Shown here piece by piece: positions 43,614-56,300 of a DNA stretch of 64,000 bases. Position 1 is the first letter of the stretch. Each line of letters starts with the position of its first letter. The notes beneath the pieces are model-generated. The model ran no database searches. It was not told where the DNA came from and was given only the letters and a program-made list of their open reading frames with translations. The stretch comes from the human T2T-CHM13v2.0 reference genome, Homo sapiens, in the NCBI RefSeq assembly GCF_009914755.1, contig NC_060948.1. One strand, 5' to 3'. Position numbers and translations under genes: made by a program.

Positions 43614-46600
43614 GCCTGCCTAAGCAGAGGAAAATGATACATGCAGAGCCGAAAGGTATCCAGGAAAATGCTGCCTGTGATAACCCACTCTGGGACCCTA
43701 AAAGTCTCATCCTTAGGGCACCTAGGGCCATCTTTAATGGTCCCACAGGAGGAGGATGCATTTCTGGAGTGAGTTGGTCATGAAAAACTGCTCTTCTGAC
43801 TCCATTCCCAAAATGGGCTGTGTGCAAGAATTGGGTCCCATGGGGATTGGAATGTAGTCTGGTGGGTTGTTTAGGGGTCTTTGAATGATAGAATCATACC
43901 TGAGACCCCAGAGATGAGTGTCAATGAAAGACGACCAGGCCCTTAACCGCAGTGCCTCACTTCATCCTGGACCTCACAGGATCTCTCTCGGGTAAGCAGG
44001 AACCACACCTAGAACTGGCCTCTCACAGGTACAGATGAGGTTGAGACAGTGTCTCAGAGGCTGTCTGTGGCGATTGCAAACCTGAAAAGGGTGTCCGGTA
44101 GTGAGTGTCACTGTTGACCCCCCATGAAAGCAAGGAAAATCAAAGATCACATGAGAGAACCAGCTGCCTTTTGCTGGAGTTCAAGCAAAGTTCAAAGATT
44201 CCTGTCAGAGAACCCTAAAGCCTCCTGCAAAGTGCAAACATCCTCATCCCACATAATGAGAACAAGACCCAGAACCTGGGATGTGGCTAGCCTACCTGAA
44301 GTCCCTTGTGCTCCATGATATCCCTGTCAGCCAATAAATTTGTGATGAGAGGCAGCCCTATCCACCAACAGCACATTAAAGACCCCCTACACAATGAGAA
44401 AGGATGTGCACATAAAATGAAACACAGACCATATTACCAGGTGGAATCCAGACACAGCTGCCTGCTTCTCATCCTACAGGAATCATGCAGCCCTTCAATA
44501 AAACTTGGAGAACAGGAGTTTCCTTGTTGGCAGCAGTAACAGGAAGTTACTGTTTTAGAATTACCGCATCGCAGCTGCCCTGTCATTGAAACATGACAGG
44601 GCAGTAAGTGTTTAGAAGGAAACACTTACTCAATGGATTCCCCCCAAGGGTCACCTTCCATGAACTGGGAAACATTTAGTGTAGAAGACATTGAGCCATA
44701 CCCAATCATCCTTAGGATTATGAGGCACATGTAAGTCAGGATAGGAGTTGGCCAGGGTGGCCCCAGTTTGCACTTCAAATATTCCCTGCACGTTGGAGTA
44801 CTCCCAACTAAACACCAGGCCAAGTTGTGGACTGCTTCTGCAATTAAGGAAATGTGGGAATGCTGTTTGAAGCACCTTTTGTGTCACCTGTCTTTACATT
44901 TTTGCAGGTGAAGGTGCAGGTCCCCATCCACCCCTCATCAGGTTGTATCCTCACCCCTATCTGACCTTATTGCCATTCACACTCTATGACCCAGGATGAA
45001 ATCCCAAGATGATGGAGGAGTGAACCCTGACGACAGGAAGTACCTGCTCACCTATGAACAAAATTTGAGGTAAATTCATGGGGCCCTGTGGACAGGACTG
45101 CTAGTGTTTCTCCCTGGGATAGCCACAGGACACTGACACACTGAAGGATTTCTGTTCTTGGGTATGGTGTGCTGCAGCTCTTCTTTCTAGAGAGTGGCTT
45201 TTTTTGTTTGTTTGTTTGGAAGTCATTTGTTATGTGGACCTCAGCGTGTCACAGCCAGCCTCGCAATTCACTGTGGATTCAGAAAAATAAAGAACAGGGA
45301 GGTCTACAGCCCCAGAAGAGCCATACAGACAGGGCATGAAAATGTTGGAAGTCTCAAATAAAAGAAGCTCTGCAGTGTGTGACCCACCTCCCTTTAAACA
45401 AACTCCGCTTACTGGCCCGCGTGCACACACACACACACTAAAACACACAAAGCCAAAAAGCCACACCACACCTAGACATCCAACACTTGCAACATGCCCT
45501 CAGAAACAGAGCCTGGCAGCATCTGAGGCTGTGTGTTTGTGCAGAAGGCCCCACCTGGGAGAGAGCAACCCCGGCAAACACAGAGCGCTCTACCTAGAAA
45601 TCACAGTTGGGAAAGTTTCAGAAAGACTCAACCCTACAACTCCCAGGCAGGCCTGAGACATCCTGCAGATACTTTTGTAGCCTTAGGGACTTTGCAGTTT
45701 ATTCCTTGGGCTCTGCTTGACATTTCTGCATGCTGGCTCATGTCTGCCCTCTCCTAGGAATATGGATGTATCCTGTGGATCCCTCAGAGAAGACAGGCAA
45801 GAGTCCACCACCAAGGCACCTCTATGGAGGTCTCCTTCTTGGCCACGCAGCCAGGACTGATCTCTATGTAATGGTGACATTCATTGTGATGCTAGCCAGA
45901 GCTCATAGTCAGGCCTGGTGCCCTGAGGCGTGCATGTGCATTTGAGGGCATGCTTGCTGGCCTGGCTTTCACAGATGTTAGCCTGTGGAAGCAGAAGAAA
46001 ATGGTACACATAGAGCTGGCTCGGTATCCAGAAATAGGCTGCCTGCAATAATGCACTGCGGGACCCTACAATGCTCGAAGTTAGGGCGACTTCAAGCCGT
46101 CTCCCTGGTCAGCTCCTGCAGGAGTAGGAGGCATTCAGAGACTGAGGTGGTCGCTGAAATCTGTTCTTCTGATTCCCTTTTGGAAAGAGGCTGTGTGCAA
46201 GAATCCAGTCCCATGGGGATTGGAATGTAGTCTGGTGAGTTGAGGAGGGGTCTTTGGGTGATGGAATTATACCTGAGAAACTAGAATTGGGTGCCTATGA
46301 ATGATGGTTGGGCCCTTAACCTCACTGTCTCCCATCATTCTGGACCTCGCAGGGTCTCTCTATGAAGCACAGGAACCACAACAAAGGCAGGTCCAATAGG
46401 GAGCAGTGTTCTCAAACCTCGAACTGGCCTCTCACCAGTGCAGATGAGGTTGAGATAGTGTCTCTGAGGCCATCTGTGGCCATGGCAAGACAGAAAAGGA
46501 TGTCCAGTAGTGCTGTTGAGGGGCACTGTGGACTTCCCAGGAAAGCAAAGAAAAATCAAGGCTCGTGTGTGAGAAAAAGATGGCTTGTGCTAGAGTCTAA

Positions 46601-49600
46601 GCAACATTCAAAAATTCCTGTCAGAGAACTCAAAAAACTCCTGCAAAGTGCAAGCAACACATAACAAGACACTGATCCACAACCTGGAGTGCCACCAAAC
46701 CTACCCAGAGTCTGTTTTGCTCCCTGAAATCCTTGGCAGCCCATAGATCTATTGTAAGAGGCAGCCCCATCCAGCAACAGCCCAATGAAAGACCACCTCC
46801 ACAATGAGAAAGGATGTGCAGATGCAATGAAACAGAGCATAGATTACCAGGCAAAAGCCAAACACAGCTGCCTGCTTCTCATCCTACAGGACTCATGCAG
46901 CACTCCGATAAAAGTTGAAGAGCAAGAGTTTCCTTGTTGTTGGCTGTAACAGGAATTTATGGTTTCAAAATTATCACAGGGGCCAAGTCACTAAAACGTG
47001 ACAGTGTTTAGAAGGAAACACTGGGAAAACTTTATCGTGGAATACATGAACCAGATCCAGGAAACCCTAGGCTGACAAGAAATACGGAAGACAGGAAAAG
47101 AAGAGGCAAGTGTGGAGGCCACATCCCACCTTGTGTCTATCATTCTCACTTTCAATGGGAGCCGAGTATGAAAGCCCTCAAATTTGCAGTTTGCCAGGAT
47201 GGCCCCAGTTTGCACTTCAAATGTTCTCTGCATGTTGGAGTACTCCCACCTGAACACCAGGCCATAGTGTGAACTACTTGTGTAATTAAAGAAATGTGAG
47301 GATGCAGTTGGAATCACTTTCTGTGTCATCTGTCTTCACATTTTTTGCAATTGGAAGTGTGGGACCCCATCCACTTCTCACCAGATTGCATCCTTACCCC
47401 TTCTGACCTTATTGCTATTCATGTTCTCTTTCCCTAAATGAAATCCCAAGATGATCTAGGAGTTCCTTCTCAGGACGTGGAGCATCTGCTCAGCTAGGAA
47501 GCAAATTCAAGGTAAATTCAAGGGGCTGTGAGGACAGGAATGCTAGTGTTTCCTCCGGGGATGGCCATAGAACAAGGTAATACAGAGGGATGTCCTTTCT
47601 TGGATGTGGTGTGCTCCTCTTCTTTCTAGAAGAGTAGCTTTATTTGCAGGCAGAGGTGATGTGGACTTCGGTGTGTCACAGCCAGCCTCCCACTACACTT
47701 TGGATTCATGATCCAGAGCAAAATAAAAAACGTGGAGCCCTGCAGCCCAAGCAGAGCCACACAGACAGGTGAACTAAAGGTTGGGAGACAAAAAAAAAAA
47801 AGTTGCTGCAGTGCGTTAGCCACATTCCTTTAAGCAGACACAGTGCCAAAAAAGCCACACCCATAGGCAGACATCAAAGACTCAATACTTTCACAGAAAC
47901 ACACAGCTCGGCAGATTCTGAGGCTGCATGGTTCTGCAGAAAGCCTTACCTGGGAGATAACAACTCTGGGCAACACAGGCGGGTTGCACCTAAAAATCAC
48001 AGTGGGTAAAGTTTCATAAAGACTCACCTCTGCACACCTAGGCAGGCCTGAGGCACCCTTCAGATCCTTTTGGAACCTTACGGATTTCGCGGTTTATTCC
48101 TGGGGTTTGCTTGACGTATCTTCCAGCTGGCTCTTGTCTGCTCTCCCCTAGGATCGTGGGACTATCCTGTGGATCCCACAGAGAAGAGAGAGGACAGTCC
48201 ACCACTGATGCACCTCCACAGAGGTCTCCTTCTCCGCCAAACCTCACGGAATTGTGACATTCATGGTGAGGCTAGCCAGAGCTCACAGCTTAGGCCCGGT
48301 GCCCTGAGACTAACGCATGTGCATTTGTGGGTGGCTCAGCACCTGTGTGTCAGAGGAAAATGGTACAGGCAGGGCCGGCCTGGTACTGGGGAAAAAGCTG
48401 CTCCATGTGATAACCCACTGTGGAACCCTAAAAGTCTCAAACTTAGGGCCCCTTTCCGCCGTACCTGTGATCCGGTTCCACTAGAGGAGGAGGTGTTTAG
48501 ACTGAGGGGGTTGTTGAGAACTTCCTGAAAGAGGCTGTGTGCAAGATCAGGTCTCATGGGGATTGGAAGGTTGTCTGGTGAGTTGTGGAAGGTTCTTTCA
48601 GTGATAGCATCATACGTGTGACCCTACAGGTGGGTGCCAGTGAAATATGACCAGGTTCTTAACCTCACTGCCCCCACCCATCCTGAGCCTCGCAGGGGCT
48701 CTTGTTGAAAGGCAGGAACCATGACAAAGGCAAGTCCAAGGTGGAACAGTATTCTCACAGCTCTAAGTGGCCTCTCACGGTTGCAGATGAGGTTGAGACA
48801 GTGTCTCAGAGGACATCTGTGATGATTGCAATCCTGAAAAGTTTGTCAGGTAGTGCTGTTAAAGGGCACTGTGGACCCCCCATATAAGCAAAGGAAAATC
48901 AAGGCTCACAGGAGAGAACGAGCTGTCGTGTGCTGTAGTCAAAGCAACATTTAGAGATTTCTGTCAGAAGACCCAAAAGCCTCTTGCAAATTGCAAATAA
49001 TCTCAGCCCCCACAAGGAAACCATGACCCCAAACCTAAAGCACAGCCAGTCTACCCAAAGTCCCTTTTGCTCTCTGAAATCCCTGGCAGCCAATAAGTCT
49101 GTGGCAAGAGGTAGCACCATCCAGTAACAGCCCAATGAAAGAGCCCTCCACAATGAAAAAAGACCAGCAGATGAAATGAAACAGAGCCTAGCTTCCCAGG
49201 CAAAAGCCAGGTACAGCTGCCTGCTTCTCCTCCTACAGGTATCAAGCAGCTGTCTGATAAAAGCTGGATAAGAAGAGTTTCCTTCTTGGCTACTGTTACA
49301 GAAATTTATGGTTTTAAAACAATCAAAGTTGCCCAGTCATTAAAACCCAATAGTATTTAGAAGAAAACACTCATGAAATGGATTCCCTTGAGGGTCGTCT
49401 TCCATTAAGTGGTAAACATTTAATGTGGAATATGTACAGCCAGACCCAAGAAACCTTAGGCTGATGAGGTACATGGATGTCAGGAAAATAAGAGGTAAGT
49501 ATGGTGTCCACATCAAACCTTACATCAAATGGCCTCACTCCCATTTGGCTCCTGGTATAAAGGCCCTCAAATAGGGAGTTTGCCAGGATGGCTCCAGTTT

Positions 49601-52525
49601 GCACTCCAAACATTCCCTGCATATTGGGGTGCTCCCAAATGTACACCAGGCCATGGTGTGGATGGCTTGTATATTTAAGGAAATGTGGGGATGCAGTTGG
49701 AAGCACCTTCTGTAACATCTGTCATCACATTTTTTTGCAGGCGAATGTGCGGGACCCCATCCATCCCTCACCAGCTTGTATCCTCAGCTTTATCTGAAGT
49801 TAAAAGTATCTTTCCCATAATGAAATCCAAAGATGATGGAAGAGTGCCCCCTCACGGTGTGGAGGTCCTGCTTGGCTAGCAACTGAATATGAAGTAAATT
49901 CAAGGGACCCTGCGGACCGGACTGCTAGTGTTTCTAAATGGGGTGTACACTGGACAATAAAACACTGAAAGATTTCTGTTCCTGAATTTCCTGTGCTCCT
50001 CTTCTTTCTAGAAGTGTGGCTTTGTTTGTTTGTTTGTTTTGTTTTTGTGGGGGGAGGTTATTTGGACCATGGCGGGTCTCATGCCATCTCTCAATTTATG
50101 GCAGATTCATGATCTGCAGAAAAATAAAGAACACAGAACCCAGCAGCCCAAGCAGAGCCACACAGATAGGCCACAAAAAGTTTGGGAGACTCAAAAACAA
50201 AGAAGAGCTACAGTGTGTTAACCACATTTTTTAAAGCAGATTCCACTTACAGACACACACACACACACAAACACAGACAACCAACACTGGCAACACTCCC
50301 ACAGAAACACACTCCCAGCAGCTTCTGAAGCTGTGTGGTTCTGCAGGAAGTCCCACTTGGGAGAGAGCAATCCTGGGGAACACAGGCATGCTGTATGTAG
50401 AAACCACAGTGGGACAAGTTTCAAAAGACCCCCTGCAACGTCTAGGCAGGCCTGAGGCATCTGCAGACCCTTTAGCATAGTTAAGGAATTCACAGATTAT
50501 TCCTGGGGCCCTGCTTGATGCTTCTTCATGCTGGCTCACATCTGCCCTCTCCTAGGATCATGGGACTATCCCAAGGATTCAACAAAGAAGAGAGGCGAGA
50601 GTCTACCGTGAAGCATCTTCATGGAGGTCTCCTTCTCTGCCAAGACACAGGGACTTTTCACTAGGAAAAGTGTTATTCATTGTGAGGCTAACTGGAGCTC
50701 ACAGCTCAGGGGTGGTGCCCTGAGACTAGCACATGCACATTCACGAGGCAGGCTTAGGTGCTAGGCTGTCAGAGCTAAGCAAAGGAAAATGGTACAGGCA
50801 GATCCAGCCTCATATCGGGAGAAAGGCTGCCTGCGATAACCAACTGTGGGAACCTAAATATGTCAACCTTAGCACCCCTTCCATCCATCTCCTTGGTCGG
50901 GTCCCACTGGAGGAAGAGGTGTTTTCAGACTGTTAGGTTGTCATGGAAAACTGCTCTTCTGACTTCATTCCCGAAAGAGGCTATTTGTAAGAATCAGGTC
51001 CCATAGGGATGGGAATAGAGTCTGGTGAGTTGTTGAGGGGTCCTTTTATCATGGAATCATACGTGAGACTCCATAGGTGTTTGTCAGTGAAATATGGCCA
51101 AGCCCTTGTCCCCATTGCCTCTCTTCATTCTGGGCCCCCCAGGGGCTATCTGGGAAAGGCATGAACCACAACAAATGCAAGTCCAAGTTGGATCAGAGTT
51201 CTCAAACCTCAAAATGCCCTCTCACGGAGGCAGATGACGTTGAGACATTGTCTCAGAGGTCATCTGTGGCTATTGCAAGCCTGAAAATTGTGTCCTATAG
51301 TACTGTTGGGTGGCAATGGGGACACCCCATGAAAGCACAAAAAACTCACGGCTTGCCTGAGAGAAAGAGCTGACTTTTGTTGGAGTCCTAGCAACATTCA
51401 AAGACTCCTGTCGGCATACCCAAAAGCCTCCTGAGAAGTGCAAACAATGTCAGCCTCCACAACGAGACCATGATCCACAACTTGAAATGCAGCCAGCCTA
51501 CCTGAAGGCCCTTTTGCTCCCTAAAATCGCTGGCAGCCAAAAGATCTGTGGTGAGTGGCAGTTACAACCAGCAACAGCTGAAAGACCCTCTCCACAATGA
51601 GAAAGGATCTGCAGTCGAAATGAAACAGACTATAGATCACCAGGCAAAAGTCAGACATGGCTGCATGCTTCTCATCCTACAGGAATCATGCAGCCATCTG
51701 ATAGAAGAGGGAGAACAAGAATTTCCTTGTTGGTGTCAGTACTGGGAATTTATGGTTTTAAATACATTACAGATGTCCAGTCATTGAATTCTGACAGTGT
51801 AATCTGTCTTCACCATTTTTACAGGTGAATGTGCAGGAACCTATCTACCCCTCACAAGATCGTATCTTCACACCTGTCTGACCTTATTGCTGCTTGTACT
51901 CTCTGTCCAAGAACAAAATCCCAAGATAATGGAGGATTGTGACAAAAAGCACCTGTTCAGCTGGGAATCAAATTCCTGGTAGATTCAAGGGGCCCTGCGG
52001 ACAGGACTGAAAGTGCCTGTCCCTGGGTTTGCTGCAGAACATGAAACACTGGGAGATGTCTGTTCTAGGGTGTGGTTTGCTATTCCTCTTTCTAGAAGAG
52101 TTTTTTGTTTTGTTTTGCTTTGTTTTTTGCAGTGGTACATAATTTAATTTTGGCATGTCTAGCCAATCTCCCAATTCACTGTGGATTCATGATCCACAAA
52201 AAAAGAAAGAAAGAAAGAAAGGACATGTAATGCCACAGACCAAGAAGGGCCACACAAACAGGCCACCAAAAGTTTGACAGACTCAAAAATAAGTAGTGCT
52301 GAAGTGTAATAGCCACATTCATTTAAGCAGATTCCACTTACAGGCACACACACACACACCCACACACACAAACACAGCCACACCAACATTCGCAACACTC
52401 CCACAGAAACACACAGCCAAGCAGCTTCTGAGGCTGCATGGTTCTGCAGGAAGCTCCACCTGAAAGAGACCATCCCTAGGGAACACAGGTGGGCTGAATC
52501 TAGAAATCACAGTGGGACAAGTTTC

Positions 52526-52544
52526 AAAAAGACTAACCAATACA
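52526..52544. repeat. Left TSD of L1 #2 (AAAAAGACTAACCAATACA); identical partner at 53393-53411
   Basis: Perfect 19-bp direct repeat. The monomer continues 'atgtctaag' after the right copy. Confidence 0.93.
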
Positions 52545-53278
52545 GAGAAATGCAAATCAAAACCACAATGAGATACCATCTCACACCCGTTAGAATGGCA
52601 ATCATTAAAAAGTCAGGAAACAACAGTTGCTGGAGAGGATGTGGAGAAATAGGAACACTTTTACACTGTTGGTGGGACTGTAAACTAGGTCAACCATTGT
52701 GGAAGTCAGTGTGGCGATTCCTCAGGGATCTAGAACTAGAAATACCATTTGACCCAGCCATCCCATTACTGGGTATATACCCAGAGGATTATAAATCATG
52801 CTGCTATCAAGACACATGCACCTGTATGTTTAGTGCGGCATTATTCAGAATAGCAAAGACTTGGAACCAACCTAAATGTCCAACAATGATAGACTGGATT
52901 AAGAAAATGTGGCACATATACACCATGGAATACTATGCAGCCATAAAAAATGATGAGTTCATGTCCTTTGTAGGGACATGGATGAAATTGGAAATCATCA
53001 TTCTCAGTAAACTATCGCAAGAACAAAAAACCAAACACCGCATATTCTCACTCATAGGTGGGAATTGAACAATGAGATCACATGGACACAGGAAGGGGAA
53101 TATCACACTCTGGGGACTGTTGTGGGGTGGGGGGAGGGGTGAGGGATAGCATCGGGAGATATACCTAATGCTAGATGACGAGTTAGTGGGTGCAGCACAC
53201 CAGCATGGCACATGTATACATATGTAACTAACCTGCATAATGTGCACATGTACCCTAAAACTTAAAGTATAAAAAAAA
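52545..53278 (+). mobile_element. LINE-1, L1PA2-like, heavily 5'-truncated (~730 bp: ORF2 C-terminus, 3' UTR, short poly(A))
   Basis: ORF 52550-53068 is the ORF2p C-terminus (CWRGC...HCWWDC...SLIGGN). The 3' UTR has 'gagatcacatggac' and 'gatgacGAGttagtggg'; GAG at this diagnostic site is neither the ACA of Ta nor the ACG of pre-Ta. It ends 'cttaaagtat' plus A8. Confidence 0.93.
52550..53068 (+). pseudogene. L1 ORF2 C-terminal fragment (uninterrupted 172 codons, no promoter or 5' part)
   Basis: The translation matches the known primate L1 ORF2p C-terminus, but the element is truncated immediately upstream. Confidence 0.9.
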
Positions 53279-53397
53279 GTTCATATAATAATAGTTATGT
53301 AATGGACTCATGAGAATATAATAAAATTAACTGATAAATGTGCTTTATAATATCAAATATTAATTACATATATAATATAAAAACTGAGAAAAAAAAA
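53279..53397 (+). other. Putative L1 3'-transduced segment (~110 bp, AT-rich) plus second poly(A)
   Basis: Sequence that is neither L1 nor monomer lies between the L1 A8 tail (53271-53278) and an A9 run (53389-53397), enclosed by the TSD. Confidence 0.8.
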
Positions 53398-56300
53398 GAC
53401 TAACCAATACAATGTCTAAGAAGGCTTGAGGTCTTTTGCAGATCTTTTTGGATCCTTAGGGATTTCACAGTTTATTCCTGGGGCTTTGCTTGATGTTTCT
53501 TCAGGCTGGTTTGCAGCCGGCATCAATCTATTCCACTTTCATTTGGCTATAGCAATGAAAGTCCTTAAATCAGGAGTTTTCCAGGATGGCCTCAATTTGC
53601 ACTCCAAATCTTCCTTGCACATTGGAGTACTCCCCCTTGAACAGTGGGGCATTGGTGTGAACTGGTTGTGCAATTAAGGGAATGTGGGGATGGAGTTAGA
53701 AGCACCTTCTGTATCATCTTTCATTTTTTTTTGCTGGACCGCATCTGCCCCTCACCAGATTGTATCCTCACTCCTATCTGACTTTATTGATTGTCACACT
53801 CTATGTCCTACAATGAAATCCCAAGATGATGGAGGGTGCCTTCTCACGACGTGAAGCACCTAGCTGGCTGGGAACCGAATATGAGGTAAATTCAAAAGGC
53901 CTGTGGACAAGACTGCTAGTGTGCTCCCTGGGTTTCCTGCAGGACAATGAATCTCTGGGAGAGGTTTGTCTTTTTGGTGTGGTGTGCTCCTCTTACTTCT
54001 AGAAGGGTGCCTTTTTTTGCATGGGGAGGTGATTTGGAGGCCAGCCTGTCTCTCAATTCATTTTCAATTAATGAACCACAGAAAAATAAAGAACACTGAG
54101 CCCTGCAGCCCAAGCAGAACCACACAGACAGGCCAACAAAAGGTTAGGAGACTCAAAAAAAAAAAAAAAAAAGGAAGGACTGAAGTTCATTAGCCACATT
54201 CCTTTAAGCACACTCCACTTACAGGCACACACAGACATACACATACTCACACAAACCCACAATAACACACACACACACACACACACACGCAAACATCCAA
54301 CACTCGCAACTTTGTCACAGAAACACATATCCCGGCAGTTCCTGAGGCTGCATGGTTCTGCAGGAAGCCCCACCTTGGAGAGAGCAACCCTGGGGAACAC
54401 AGGTGGGATGCACCAAGAAGTCAGAGAGGGCCAAGTTTCAAAAAGAGTCACCCCTACAACATCTAGGCAGGCCTGAGGAAACCTGCAGATCCCTTTGGAT
54501 CATTACAGATTTCACAGTTTATTCCTGGGCCGGTGCTTGATGTTTCTTCAGGCTGGCTCATGTCTACACCCTCCTAGGATCATGGGACTATCTCAGGGAT
54601 CCCACAGAGAAGACAGGTGAGAGTCCACGGCCGACGCTCCCCCATGGAGGTTTCCTTCTCTGCCAAGCTGCAGGGACTTGATGCTAGGCAATGGTGAAGT
54701 TCACTGTGACACTAGCCATAGCTCACAATTAGGCCTGGTGCCCTGAGACTAGCACATGCGCTTTTGTGAGGCAGGCTTGGGCATCTGTGAGTCATAGCTG
54801 TCAGCCTGCCTAAGCAGAGGAAAATGGTACAGCCAGAGCTAGCCTGGTATCAGGAAAAAGGTAGCCTGTGAAAATCCACCGCAGGATCATAAAAGGCTCA
54901 ACTTTAGGGCCCTTTCAGTGCATCTCCACTGTCAAGTTCTGCTGGAGAAGGAGATGTTTCCAGACTGTGAGGTGGTCACTGGAAACTGCTCTTCTGATTC
55001 TATTCTTGAAAGAGACAGTGTGCAAGAATTGGGTCCCATTGGGATTGGAATATTGTCTAGTTTGTTTTTGAGGATACCTTGTGTGACGGAATCATATCTG
55101 AGACCCCCGAGGTGGGTGTCAGCAAAAGATGTCCAGGATCTTGACCTCACTTCCTCCCTTTATTCTATGCCTTACAAGGGCTCTTTGGGAAAGGCAGGAA
55201 CCAGAAAAGAGGCAAGTCCAAGGTGGAGCAGTGTTCTCACACCTCAGACAGGCCACTCAAGGGTGCAGATGAGGTTGAGACAGGGTCTCAGTGGCAGTCT
55301 GTGGTGATGGCAAGCCGAAAAAAGGTGTCCAGCGGTGCTGTTGAGGCACATTGTGGATTCCCTATGAAAACAAACAAACAAAAAATCAAGGCTCACCTGA
55401 GAGAACTGGCTGCCTTGTGCTGGAGTCCAAGCAATGTTCAATTCTTCCTGTCAGAGGACCCAACACCCTCAGGCAAAGTGCAAACCACCTCATCCCACAC
55501 AACCAGAAAACAACCCACAACCTAAAGCACAGCCAGCCTACATGAAGTCCCTTTTGCTCTCTTAAATAGCTGGCAACTAAATAATCTGTGGTGAGAGGCA
55601 GTCCCATCCAACAAAAGCCCAGTGAAAGAGACCATCCACACTGAGGAGGCCATGCAGATAAAATAAAACAGAGGCAAGGCTGCCAGGCAAAAGCTAGACA
55701 TGGCTGCCTGCTTCTCATCCTGCAGGAATCAAGCAGCCCCCTAACAGAAGTGGGAGAACAAGAGTTTCCTTGTTAGTGGCTGTAACGGGAATTCATGGTT
55801 TTAAATATGTCAAAGCTGCCAAGTCATTAAAATGTGACAGTGTTTAGAAGGAAATGCTAATGCAATGGATTCCATAAGCGCCTCTCTCCATGAACTGGGA
55901 AATGTTTAATGTGGAAGTCCTTGAGCCAGACACAGGAAACACTAGGCCGATGAGGTGGAGGCCCACATTCTATCCAGCATCAATCCATTCCACTCACATT
56001 TGGCTCTGAATATGAAAGCCCTCAAATCAGCAGTTTGTCAGGATATCCCGAATTTGCAGTCCAGATGTTTTGTGCACATTGGAGTCCTCCCACTTCAACA
56101 CTGCGCCTTGGTGGGGACTGCTTGTGCAATTAAGGGAATGAGGGGATGAAGTTTGAAACACCTTCTGTGTCATCTGTCTTCATTTTTATTGCAGGTGAAG
56201 TTGCAGGACCCATTCACTTCTCACCAGATTGGATCCTCCACCCTACCTGACCTTATTGCTGCTCACACTCTATGTTCCAGGATGAAGTCCCAAGACGATG

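Noticed and set aside
52545-53278. Active or human-specific L1HS-Ta element
   Set aside because: It is only ~730 bp long, and the diagnostic 3' UTR trinucleotide is GAG rather than ACA or ACG.
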